Assembly: GCA_047974625.1 (NCBI GenBank)
Contig: JBKECK010000016.1
Location: forward strand, 2,262-66,261
Direction: 5' to 3'
DNA from: Acidimicrobiales bacterium
GTDB taxonomy: Bacteria; Actinomycetota; Acidimicrobiia; Acidimicrobiales; SZUA-35
Length of the DNA stretch: 64,000 nucleotides
This document shows, piece by piece, positions 47,512 through 56,480 of the stretch (positions within the stretch are counted from its first letter, which is position 1; every line of letters begins with the position of its first letter). The translations under genes were made by a program, and so were the position numbers. The notes below the pieces were generated by a model. It did no database searches. It saw nothing but the letters and a program-made list of their open reading frames with translations, and was not told where the DNA came from.

Positions 47512-47884
47512 AGACCGCCCACCACGAAGGCCAGTCGGTCGTGCCAACTTCGGCTCTCGACGCTCCCGATCTCAAGCGGGGAAGGCGAGAAGCGGGCGTC
47601 TGGCGCGCCGGAGAACGGGCTGGATCGAGCTTGTCTGATGCGCCGGCCTTTTGCAGTCGAGCGCAACCTTCTCGATAGTCCAACAATGACTCGCGGACGA
47701 TCAGAGGAAATATGCCTACATGTCAGAACTAGTGTGTAACCAGTCAGCCTGATTCGCGCTGTTCGCGCGAGGTCCACCACTGTGGGTGTGGCTCATGGAG
47801 GAGATGTATCGTCAGATCGCTTCCGGCACCGCCCCGACATCCGCTCTGGTCGCGGCGCAGCGACAGCTCCAACGGGCCGAGCCA

Positions 47885-48427
47885 TCAGTTGCCCTCTACC
47901 AGAGTTTCGGCGCCGGCGGGTGATCGACGAGACCAGGCGAGCAGTACCAGCCCGAGCGCCAAGGCCACGTCGCCCACGCTCACGATGGCCACCGACCCCA
48001 CCACGATCGAGTCGGAGAGCACTCCGACAACGCCTGCGCTGGAGTCCAACTGATGCTTGCTGGCCATCCAGACCGGTTCGTCCGACCCCGTCGCGGCCAG
48101 CGACACCATCGCTGCCGGGCTGACTGGCATTGCCCCCCGCATTCCGATTGGCACCAAGTTCAGGACCGCTCCGCCGACAATCAACGCTCGGGCCCAGGGC
48201 GAGGACGTCGATCGGCGAACGACGCCGATCGCCGCCACGACCCCGGCCGCAAAACTGGCGGGGACAACGACCCGACCCGGCACCGCGGGATGAACCGCTG
48301 AAACTTGCAGCGCCACCGCAACCGCGAGGACACCGGCATCTCGCCGACCCACATCGAACAACGGACGAGCGCCCACGATCACCTGCAGGACGACCAGCGG
48401 CACGACCAACATCAGCAGACTGAACAA
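47885..48427 (-). CDS. DUF5317-like membrane protein
   Basis: AGGAGG then TTG; several TM segments; NLVPIGMRGAMPVS...H...LSD...SVGD. Confidence 0.65.
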   Translation of the reverse strand: MFSLLMLVVPLVVLQVIVGARPLFDVGRRDAGVLAVAVALQVSAVHPAVPGRVVVPASFAAGVVAAIGVVRRSTSSPWARALIVGGAVLNLVPIGMRGAMPVSPAAMVSLAATGSDEPVWMASKHQLDSSAGVVGVLSDSIVVGSVAIVSVGDVALALGLVLLAWSRRSPAGAETLVEGN

Positions 48428-48563
48428 CCGAACCCTCCTCTCGGGGCCCGGACAACAGCCCCCGAGGAAGAGCGCGAACGGAGGCTGCATGATCCACGAA
48501 CGGCGAACAAACAGCTTCGCCCCGCGGGCGATCTCCACCGTTGATGCACACCAGTGTCGCAAC

Positions 48564-49122
48564 GTGCATCAGGACCGGAGTTTGGCGGAGCTCGTCCAGG
48601 GGGCCCAAACAGGTGATCGAGCAGCGTGGTGCGAGCTCGCCGACAGCTACAACAACACATGGTGTGGTCAGTCGTCCGTAGCTTCCGCCTGCCCGACGAT
48701 GACGCTGCGGACGCGGCCCAGATGGCGTGGCTCCGCGCCCTTGAACATCTCGGTACGGTGCGCGACCTAGAGCGGATCGGGCTGTGGTTGGCCACGATTA
48801 CCCGACGCGAGTGCCTCCGGCTCATCGAGCGTCGCACTCGGCACGACGGTGGACCTCGGCGATGACGCCCCACGTCGTCCCCGACCTCAGCGTCGACGTC
48901 GAAGCGGAGACCGTCAGCATCCACGAAGCGCAGCGAGTCGTGCTGGCCCTTCGACACCTAGCCGCCGACTGGCAAGCCTTGCTGCGGATGGTCTTGACCG
49001 AACCCGCACCCAGCTACCGCGAGATCGCAGCGGCGCTCGACATCGCGGTCGGCACGATCGGTCCGCGCCGAGCGCGATGCCTGAGCAGTCTCCGCGCCGC
49101 GTACAACAACCTGCCGGGCTGA
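48564..49122 (+). pseudogene. ECF sigma factor split across three frames
   Basis: LVQGAQTGDRAAWCEL / VWSVVRSFRL..DAADAAQMAWLR..WLATITRRECLR / SYREIAAALDIAVGTIGPRRARCL. Confidence 0.8.
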
Positions 49123-49260
49123 GGGTCACGACGGCACGACAATGCGCCGCAACGACGATCCGGGCGAGCCAACCTGAATCACCAGGGCCGTATCACCGCT
49201 CTCCTTGGTCGCTATGACGATTGACCACACCACCCTCGCCCAGACCACCGGCTCAGGGCC

Positions 49261-49821
49261 GTGACCCTGGTGGCCACCGCCGCTCCGAGCCCACGACGAG
49301 GTGAACGACCCCTGGCACCTGGTCTCGTCCACGTCCAACACGACCCGGCGGCTGCCGTCGAGGTGCAACTGACGGACCGGATCGATGTCGAAGGTCCATC
49401 CGTGGTCCGCATCGTCCGTGCCGACGGCCTTCCCGCCCAGTTGGCAATCGCCGCCGTGGCCGCCAACGACATCTCTGCTGCCCTCACCCTCGACGAGGTC
49501 GAGCAAGTGGCGGCGGTCGCGAGCTCCGTGGCCCAAGGCATCTCGTGCCTGACCGCAGGCGTCATCCACCACGCTCGATCCATGGCGATCCTGAACGATC
49601 GGCAGCTCGAGGTGGTCAAGCTCCTCGCCCTCGGGCTGAGCAACGAGTGCATCGCCGAGCGGGCACACATTTCCGTCTCGACCTTGAAGCGAGAACTGCG
49701 GGCGCTCCGGAGTCTGACCGACTGCGACGACCGAGCAAGCGTGCTCGAACGACTGGCTATCTCGCCGACCGCAACCTGGCCAGATAGCCGGCCGCGGCGC
49801 AGAGACTCAGCGGATCTTTGA
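49261..49821 (+). CDS. LuxR C-terminal HTH regulator
   Basis: LNDRQLEVVKLLALGLSNECIAERAHISVSTLK. Confidence 0.8.
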   Translation: MTLVATAAPSPRRGERPLAPGLVHVQHDPAAAVEVQLTDRIDVEGPSVVRIVRADGLPAQLAIAAVAANDISAALTLDEVEQVAAVASSVAQGISCLTAGVIHHARSMAILNDRQLEVVKLLALGLSNECIAERAHISVSTLKRELRALRSLTDCDDRASVLERLAISPTATWPDSRPRRRDSADL

Positions 49822-50012
49822 ATCAGGCCGCGAACAGCAGGGTCTCTTTCCCCACCACACAGCGGCGATGCCGGCACCTGTCGGCGAGGGGGAACTATGC
49901 CAAACGGGAAAGCCAGACGAATCACGGCCACGGTGGCCTCACTGCTGATGGGAGCAGCGCTGCTCTTCGTCACGACGGCACCGATCTCCATTCACCACGT
50001 CCTCCACGCTCC

Positions 50013-51170
50013 GTGACCGTTCACGAATCAGGCCCCACCACGGGCGTCCAGCATGCAGACGCTGTCCCGGCATTTCGGGACAGCGTCTTGCTGCTCGAGC
50101 ACAACGACGGCGCGATCGATGCGCTGATCACGACGACCCGGGAGGTGAAGACCTTCCGACCGACGTCGACCTGTACGGCGCTGCTGCCCGCTATCGACGG
50201 ACTGCGGTCGACCAGCGACCTCGTCGAGGCGCTCACGTCGGACGGCCACGAACGCCAAGACGTGCTCGACGTACTCACGGTGCTCGAGCGGGAGCGGCTA
50301 GTGGTTGACCGTTCGACCACGAGTTTGGTTGCGGCCCATCCCCTCCGGGATCGCCGCGACCGGTTCTTGGCCGAAGGTGCGCTCAACCCTGCGGCCGGGT
50401 GGCCAGCGTCGTCGGCCGACATGCGTGGTCGTCTCGAAACGACATCCGTCGCCGTCCTCGGCACCGGGGGCCTCGGGACTTGGATCGCCCGATCTCTGGC
50501 CGGGCTGGGCGTCGGGGAACTGATCCTCATCGACGCCGACGTGGTCGAGGAGCAGAACCTCGCCCATCAAGTCGTGTTCACCCGTGACGACATCGGCCGC
50601 GCCAAGGTGGAGTCGCTCCGCGACCGCCTGGAATCGCTGTTTCCCGACGTGTCGGTCCGAGCCGAACGGCGGTTCGTCGAAACGGCGGACCAGCTGACCA
50701 CGGTCGTCGACGGCGCCGCCTTCGTGACCACTGCGGCCAACACGCCGACAGCGAACGCCGTCGCCCGACTCGTTTCGACCGCTTGCCTCCCACTCGGGAT
50801 CCCCCACAATGTTGGCGCTGGCTACAGCCACGACCTCGGCACGGTGGGGCTCACAGTGCTTCCCGGTGTCACTGCGTGCTGGGAGTGCCTCCAAAGCTCC
50901 CTGTCGGATCCGGTGTTCGACGCCACTCGGGTGCTCCGACCCGCCCGGTCCCCCGTTGGCATGGTGCCGATGGTGGCCGGGATCCTGGCCAACCTCGTGG
51001 CGTGGGACGTCTTCCGGGTCGTCACCGGGGCCACACCCGTACTGGCTGGCGCAATCACCGAGATCTCACTCTCCCGGCTCGAGTTCTCGGCCCGGCCCGT
51101 CATCCCCAACCCAAGCTGTCCGTGCGGGGCAGCGACCCTCAAGGAGAGCACCGATGGCACAAGGTCCTGA
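50013..51170 (+). CDS. RRE-fused ThiF/MccB/PaaA-type adenylyltransferase
   Basis: N-terminal winged-helix-like LLPAIDGLRSTSDLVEAL...VLDVLTVLERERLV; VLGTGGLG, DADVVEEQNLAHQ, DIGRAK, CWEC...CPC; start uncertain. Confidence 0.88.
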   Translation: MTVHESGPTTGVQHADAVPAFRDSVLLLEHNDGAIDALITTTREVKTFRPTSTCTALLPAIDGLRSTSDLVEALTSDGHERQDVLDVLTVLERERLVVDRSTTSLVAAHPLRDRRDRFLAEGALNPAAGWPASSADMRGRLETTSVAVLGTGGLGTWIARSLAGLGVGELILIDADVVEEQNLAHQVVFTRDDIGRAKVESLRDRLESLFPDVSVRAERRFVETADQLTTVVDGAAFVTTAANTPTANAVARLVSTACLPLGIPHNVGAGYSHDLGTVGLTVLPGVTACWECLQSSLSDPVFDATRVLRPARSPVGMVPMVAGILANLVAWDVFRVVTGATPVLAGAITEISLSRLEFSARPVIPNPSCPCGAATLKESTDGTRS

Positions 51171-52122
51171 GTCCCTGGTCGACCCGTGGCGGGCGTACCA
51201 GCACCCCCTCTTCTATCAACGCGTGGGCTTGCTGAACCCCGCCGACCGGTGGGACGTACTCACGACGCTGCGGTCCGCTGAGATCGCCTCACCCGAGTCC
51301 CGGCCGGTGTGGGAGCGACTGCTCCCCCACTTTCGGGAACGCCTGGCTCTGTCGCCGATGCACGCAGTCGACGAACTCGACGAACTCGCAGTACGCGCTG
51401 TCGGCCACGCGCTGAACCGCAATCTGCACACCACGGCGATCATCGCCGCGCTCGCCGCCGGCACCCCGATCGACGCCGTGGTGGACGTGTCGACGAGTGC
51501 GACCCTTCGCAGCGCCGTGGCGGCGCGAGGCTCAGCCATCGTGCTGCCCGTGCATGCCCGTGCCATCGAGGCCGGGGTCTTCGCCCTGTCTCGAGTCATG
51601 CCGACCACCTTGGTAGTGTCGCAAACGGCGGGCATACCCGACGACACGACGCCGTTCGAGGATCTCGTCGGACCCACCGACCTCCAGGTGCTTCGGGCAC
51701 CCGACAACCGCGTCCTCGTCCGTTGCGTCAAGGCAGCCCGGTCCGGACGAGTCCTGGTCCTGCCACCAGAGTTCACCAGCAACGACCATGACATGGTGAT
51801 CCCGTACGAACTGGCAGGACGCCAGATCGGCGTGCCCTCGGCCTACGTCGAACTGGCTCGGCGGCTCGACCTCCCCCTCGTCCCCATGCTGTTCGAGCAA
51901 CGGGCCGACTCGGGCTACCAGTGGATCCTCGACGGCCCGTTCGAACCCGATGACCTCACCGGTGGCGTACCGACCGTCATCGGCCGGGTCTTCGCCATGG
52001 TCGAGGCCGTCCTCTCCGAGGATCCCACCGAATGGGAGGGCTGGTACATGTTCGACCGCATGATCGCGGACGGCGAACGCCTGGCGATGACCCCGGCCGC
52101 GCCACCGCTCGTTACTGCCTGA
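51154..52122 (+). CDS. LpxL/HtrB-like (LPLAT) acyltransferase
   Basis: AGGAG RBS; HARAIE (H-x4-E), GRVLVLPPE, LARRLDLPLVP, DPTEWEGW. Confidence 0.78.
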   Translation: MAQGPESLVDPWRAYQHPLFYQRVGLLNPADRWDVLTTLRSAEIASPESRPVWERLLPHFRERLALSPMHAVDELDELAVRAVGHALNRNLHTTAIIAALAAGTPIDAVVDVSTSATLRSAVAARGSAIVLPVHARAIEAGVFALSRVMPTTLVVSQTAGIPDDTTPFEDLVGPTDLQVLRAPDNRVLVRCVKAARSGRVLVLPPEFTSNDHDMVIPYELAGRQIGVPSAYVELARRLDLPLVPMLFEQRADSGYQWILDGPFEPDDLTGGVPTVIGRVFAMVEAVLSEDPTEWEGWYMFDRMIADGERLAMTPAAPPLVTA

Positions 52123-52191
52123 GCGTCGAGTCTCTGCGCTCGCAGTGGGCCGACCTCAGCAGTCGACGCACCTTGGAAAGGGGGTGACGAC

Positions 52192-52251
52192 ATGACCATC
52201 GAGACTCGTGAACTCGAAGTCGGAGCGCTGAGCTTCTGCGGCGAGAACTGA
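52192..52251 (+). CDS. Putative RiPP precursor A1: MTIETRELEVGALSFCGEN
   Basis: AAAGGGGGTG RBS, ATG...TGA; paralogue of 52317-52376. Confidence 0.88.
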   Translation: MTIETRELEVGALSFCGEN

Positions 52252-52316
52252 TCCGATTCGACCAATGAATCCGACCCATAACGGGTCGACTCCGACGTCA
52301 CACGAGGAGGTGAACC

Positions 52317-52376
52317 ATGACCATCGAAACCCGCACCCTGGAGCAAGGGGCCTTGAGCTTCTGCACCGAGAACTGA
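52317..52376 (+). CDS. Putative RiPP precursor A2: MTIETRTLEQGALSFCTEN
   Basis: GAGGAGGTG RBS; 16/19 aa identical to A1, with synonymous DNA differences. Confidence 0.88.
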   Translation: MTIETRTLEQGALSFCTEN

Positions 52377-52380
52377 TCAA

Positions 52381-52416
52381 GAGCTGCTGGTGGGGGCGAG
52401 CGCCCCCCCAGCGCTC
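52381..52416 (+). terminator. GC-rich stem-loop after the precursor genes
   Basis: GAGC-TGCTGG-TGGGGGC...GCCCCC-CCAGC-GCTC; no U-tract. Confidence 0.55.
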
Positions 52417-52457
52417 CCATTCATGCCCCCGCTCCCAAACGTTCACTCGGATTCCGT

Positions 52458-53546
52458 ATGCGCCATCTCATCTCGACTCTCAACAGCCCCACGGACTGGG
52501 TCGCCGTCGCGTCCTACGACGGCGCCGAGACCACGATCCATGGGTCCTCGGGCGCTACCGGGGCATCCCTACCGTTGGGGTCGTTCTCCAAGGCCGTGCT
52601 GGCACTGGCGATGCGCCACGACCGTGACTTCATCCGGTCTCGAATCACCGTGCGCGGGGAGGCCTGGCCCGTTTCGATCAACGATTTGCTTTCGCATCAC
52701 CGCCGAGTCGGACCACCGGGGGTCCCCGTCTACGCCTACGACGACGAACGCTTCCGTCTCGCCGTGGAGCACTACCTGACCCGGCACCAGTGCAGCGTCC
52801 TCGACCTTCCCGCTGTGGTAGCCGACGCCATCGGGATGCGGGTGACGCTGATCGACCCGGTCCGACCGGAGCGAGGACTGGCCACCTCCCCGCCCGAGCT
52901 GCGTCACATGCTGGCGATGGCTCGCGGCCTCGTGGCCCTCGATCCGCCGACGGACGACCCCAGCGGTCACCTACTCCTCGGAGCGGCGGTGAGCACCCCC
53001 CAGTTCCGAACCGGATCCCCGTTCTTCTGGTCGGACGACCCCACCCTCGTACTCCAGCACGGTGGCATCGTCGACCGACACGCGGTGCTCATGGTACTCG
53101 CGCCTGCGCTCGACCGTGGCTTCGTGCTCGCCCTGCACGCCTCCGACGGCGCCGAGAGCGGTGTCCACGCGCAGCGGGAGGTGAGCGCCCGTGTCTGCTG
53201 CGAGCTCGCCATTCCGACCGACCCCGTGACCGACCGATCCCGGTTGCACGGTCACCCCGACCTCGAGGTCGACGGGCTCTACTCGGACGGACGCGATCGG
53301 CTCCGCATCTGCGGGGATTCCACGTATGTGATGGTCGAGCCGTCCGATGGACCAGCCCGTGCCACCAGGCGGATCGGCCGGCACGCCTTCGTCGACGTGG
53401 CGCATCCGGCGCCGTGGCGCTACGCCCACACCTTCTTCACCCCGTCCCCCCGGCCGGACGATGACCGGCACGAACCGGTCATCGGTGTGGTACTCGACCA
53501 ACGCAGCTACCTCCGCCAGCCCGAGTCGGAATCGGTGACGCGGTGA
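52458..53546 (+). CDS. Beta-lactamase/PBP-fold serine hydrolase (divergent)
   Basis: GSFSK (SxxK), INDLLSH, YAYDD, QHGG. Confidence 0.7.
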   Translation: MRHLISTLNSPTDWVAVASYDGAETTIHGSSGATGASLPLGSFSKAVLALAMRHDRDFIRSRITVRGEAWPVSINDLLSHHRRVGPPGVPVYAYDDERFRLAVEHYLTRHQCSVLDLPAVVADAIGMRVTLIDPVRPERGLATSPPELRHMLAMARGLVALDPPTDDPSGHLLLGAAVSTPQFRTGSPFFWSDDPTLVLQHGGIVDRHAVLMVLAPALDRGFVLALHASDGAESGVHAQREVSARVCCELAIPTDPVTDRSRLHGHPDLEVDGLYSDGRDRLRICGDSTYVMVEPSDGPARATRRIGRHAFVDVAHPAPWRYAHTFFTPSPRPDDDRHEPVIGVVLDQRSYLRQPESESVTR

Positions 53547-54796
53547 CGGCCCCGACCCGGTCGACACCGGGCCCATCCTCCGGCTCGAGCGCTGCCACCA
53601 GAGGCTGGGTGGACCGGTGCGGCTGTCCCCGATGTCTGGGCCGGCAACTGGACGGGAGCTGGTTGACCCAACCGCCGACAACCCGACTCCGCCGGCAGGT
53701 CGTCGACCCCGACGCGCTGTTGAGCCAGCGGAGCCTCGAACGCCTGGCCACCGACCCCCGCACCACGACCAACAGCCGACGCAACGGAGACCGCCAGCGG
53801 CACGACGGGCACCACGCGCTCCTGAGTCGACTCGCCGAGGGAGCCACGGTTCAGATCCAGAACTGCGAACGGAGCGACGCCGGCCTGGCGCTCGTGTGTG
53901 CCGAACTCCAGCGCCTGGCGCTCGGCACGACCGTCGGCTGCAACGCCTACCTCTCCCCCGACGCTGGGGTGCCTGGGCTCACCCCACACCGCGATGCCAC
54001 CCACACCACCATCGTGCAGATCCACGGGACCAAGGAATGGACCGTATGGGCAACCACCCCACCCCCGAACGCGGAGACCCTGGCCGAAGGCCCATGGTCT
54101 CCGAGCCGGGACCCCCGAGCCGAAGTGGTCATCCAGGCCGATCTGCGTCCGGGCGACGTGCTCCAGATTGCGCTCGGCGACCCCCATGTGGCGTTGTGCC
54201 GATCGGGTCCCTCCGTCCACCTCACGTTCGCCCACCGACCAGTCCGATCCAGCGATGTGCTGGCGTGGGTGGCTGATCGGCTCGCGCAGCGAGACGCAGC
54301 CGACCAACAGTGGTGTGCGACCACCGTCCCCGAAGGCTTCGACGACTGGCTGCGAGGCCAACTGGCGGCGCTGACCACTCGGGTCAGCCTGTTGTCGAAC
54401 GAGAAGGGCAGCGCAGCGGCGGCCGCAGCGGTGCTCCACGGACGCCGGCTCGACGACGACGGCTCACTCCGACCACCCCATCGAGACGACGGTCATGTTG
54501 TCGGGCTCCGACTGGCCGCCGCAGCAGGCGAACTGGACCCCGAGACCCGCATCGGGGCATCGCCCCAGCTCCTTGCCGGTCCCTCCGCCGACCGGCAAGG
54601 AGCGGAAGCAAGCGATTCCGCTGGCGTACGGTCCCGGCTCCTCGACCAACTCCTGAATGAACCGCACAGCACCACGACCATCAGCGACCTCCGAGCCCGA
54701 CTGGCTCCCGCCATCGCGACCTCGGCCGACTTCGGAGCCCTGCACGCCGCCGACCTCGTGTGGCTGTGGCCGCCGGAAGGATCCCGATGCTGGTGA
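53543..54796 (+). CDS. JmjC/cupin 2OG-Fe(II) oxygenase (YcfD/ROX-like)
   Basis: GCNAYLSP, PHRD, QIHGTKEW, LRPGDVL...PH facial triad. Confidence 0.85.
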   Translation: MTAPTRSTPGPSSGSSAATRGWVDRCGCPRCLGRQLDGSWLTQPPTTRLRRQVVDPDALLSQRSLERLATDPRTTTNSRRNGDRQRHDGHHALLSRLAEGATVQIQNCERSDAGLALVCAELQRLALGTTVGCNAYLSPDAGVPGLTPHRDATHTTIVQIHGTKEWTVWATTPPPNAETLAEGPWSPSRDPRAEVVIQADLRPGDVLQIALGDPHVALCRSGPSVHLTFAHRPVRSSDVLAWVADRLAQRDAADQQWCATTVPEGFDDWLRGQLAALTTRVSLLSNEKGSAAAAAAVLHGRRLDDDGSLRPPHRDDGHVVGLRLAAAAGELDPETRIGASPQLLAGPSADRQGAEASDSAGVRSRLLDQLLNEPHSTTTISDLRARLAPAIATSADFGALHAADLVWLWPPEGSRCW

Positions 54797-55686
54797 TCGA
54801 GGGGGTGCACAAGCGCTACGGCGACGCCGTTGTGCTGCGCGGCGTCGACATGCAGGTGGAACCCGGCCAGGTCGTCGGCCTGCTCGGACGGAACGGGGCC
54901 GGCAAAACCACGCTGCTGTCGATCGTGGCCGGCCTGCTCCGGGCCGACACCGGCACCGTGTCCCTCGACGGGCACGATGCAGTGGCCGACCGCCAGTACC
55001 TCATGGCCCGGCTGGGGTTCGTTCCCCAGAACCTCAGCGTCTACCCGACCCTCACGGTCGAAGCCAACCTCCGCTTCTTCGCTGACCTCCGGATGGTGCC
55101 GCGTGCCGATCGCAACCGGGCCATCACCCGGGTGGCCGATCATCTTCTCCTCGACCAACTCCTCGACCGGAAGGTGGGCCAGCTGTCAGGCGGCGAACAA
55201 CGCCGACTCCATGCCGCCATCGGACTCCTGGGCCGACCGCGAGTGGTGCTTCTCGACGAGCCCACCGCAGGAGCCGACGCCGCGACTCGATCCCATCTCC
55301 TCAACGCCGTTCGGGCGTTGGCCGTCGAGGACGGTACGGCCTGTGTCTACACCAGCCACTACACCCCCGAGATCGAGACGATCGCCGATCGGGTTGCCGT
55401 CCTGCACCACGGCAAGGTCCGAACCTGGGGCAGTGTCGAGTCCGTCATCGAGGCCCACGGCCGGACCACGCTCGATCTCAGTTTCTGCCGACCGGTCTCA
55501 GCGGGCGCCTGGGGACACCACGCACTCGACCACGTCCGTATCGATACCGAACACCCCAGTGAAACCCTGGCCAAGGTCCTGGCCGAACTGGAGGCCGACG
55601 CGTCGGCCCTTTCGTCGGTGGACATCAGCCGACCCAGCCTGGAGTCGGCCTACCTGGCCCTGACCGAGGAGCCCGAAGTTCGATGA
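54787..55686 (+). CDS. ABC exporter ATP-binding protein 1
   Basis: GRNGAGKTT, LSGGE, LLDEPT, TSH. Confidence 0.95.
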   Translation: MLVIEGVHKRYGDAVVLRGVDMQVEPGQVVGLLGRNGAGKTTLLSIVAGLLRADTGTVSLDGHDAVADRQYLMARLGFVPQNLSVYPTLTVEANLRFFADLRMVPRADRNRAITRVADHLLLDQLLDRKVGQLSGGEQRRLHAAIGLLGRPRVVLLDEPTAGADAATRSHLLNAVRALAVEDGTACVYTSHYTPEIETIADRVAVLHHGKVRTWGSVESVIEAHGRTTLDLSFCRPVSAGAWGHHALDHVRIDTEHPSETLAKVLAELEADASALSSVDISRPSLESAYLALTEEPEVR

Positions 55687-56468
55687 CCCGTCACCGTGGC
55701 CGAGCCGTCCACCGCATGACCACGCTCGCCCGCCAGGACCTCCGACTCTTGCTCGCCGACCCCATACCCACCCTGATGCTGCCCGTGATGGCCGTCGGGT
55801 TGATGACTTTCATCGAGCCCGCGTTCGACGCTGTGATCGCCGATCACTACGGGCCAGGATTTGGTGGAGCCGAGCAGGCCGTGCCGGGCATGGCCGTCAT
55901 GTTCGGCTTCTTCCTCGTGGCCAACGGAGCGTTCGCCTTGTTCCGGGAGCACGAATGGAACACGTGGGTGCGGTTGCGGGTCAGCGAGATTCGCGCCGTC
56001 GATGTCCTCGTCGGCAAGGCCCTGCTACCGGTCACGATCGCGCTGCTCTACTTCGTGGTGGTGTTCGGGTTCGGGTTCACCGTGCTCGGGCTTCACCGGC
56101 CGAGCAGCTTCGCTGCCCTCGCCCTGGTCGTTCTGGCCTTCTCAGTGACCCTGGCCAGCCTGTCATTGGCGCTGGTGGCCATGGCGCGGTCGGTGATGGA
56201 GGTCAACGCACTCGGGAGCCTGTGTTCGCTGCTCTTCGCCGGCCTGGGCGGCGCACTCACGCCGTATGAGGTGCTTCCCGCCTGGGCCCGCGCCATCTCA
56301 TGGATCTCACCCGGCTACTGGGCGATGGAGGGTTTCCGGGCCGGAATCCTGGTGTCGGAGCCGACCCGGGCGGCAATGTGTGCCATGGTCCTGCTGGGGT
56401 TCGCCGCGGGGTTCTCGACGCTCGCCGGACTTCGATTCCGGATGGACGAGACGAAGGCCACGGCCTGA
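55683..56468 (+). CDS. ABC-2 permease 1
   Basis: Six TM segments; FREHEWNTWVRL; GGALTP..LPAW..SPGYW. Confidence 0.9.
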   Translation: MTRHRGRAVHRMTTLARQDLRLLLADPIPTLMLPVMAVGLMTFIEPAFDAVIADHYGPGFGGAEQAVPGMAVMFGFFLVANGAFALFREHEWNTWVRLRVSEIRAVDVLVGKALLPVTIALLYFVVVFGFGFTVLGLHRPSSFAALALVVLAFSVTLASLSLALVAMARSVMEVNALGSLCSLLFAGLGGALTPYEVLPAWARAISWISPGYWAMEGFRAGILVSEPTRAAMCAMVLLGFAAGFSTLAGLRFRMDETKATA

Positions 56469-56480
56469 GGGAGGTTCGCC

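Noticed and set aside
50013-51170. ThiF protein as housekeeping MoeB/ThiF or as a TOMM cyclodehydratase
   Set aside because: No MoaD/ThiS partner, rhodanese domain or YcaO nearby; it has an N-terminal RRE-like extension and adjacent small peptides.
52192-52376. Repeat-spacer-repeat pattern as a CRISPR array
   Set aside because: Only two copies, differences follow codon structure, each copy has an RBS and stop codon, and there are no cas genes.
52265-52627. 120-aa ORF from the track overlapping precursor A2
   Set aside because: No RBS or recognisable motif; overlaps better supported genes in other frames.
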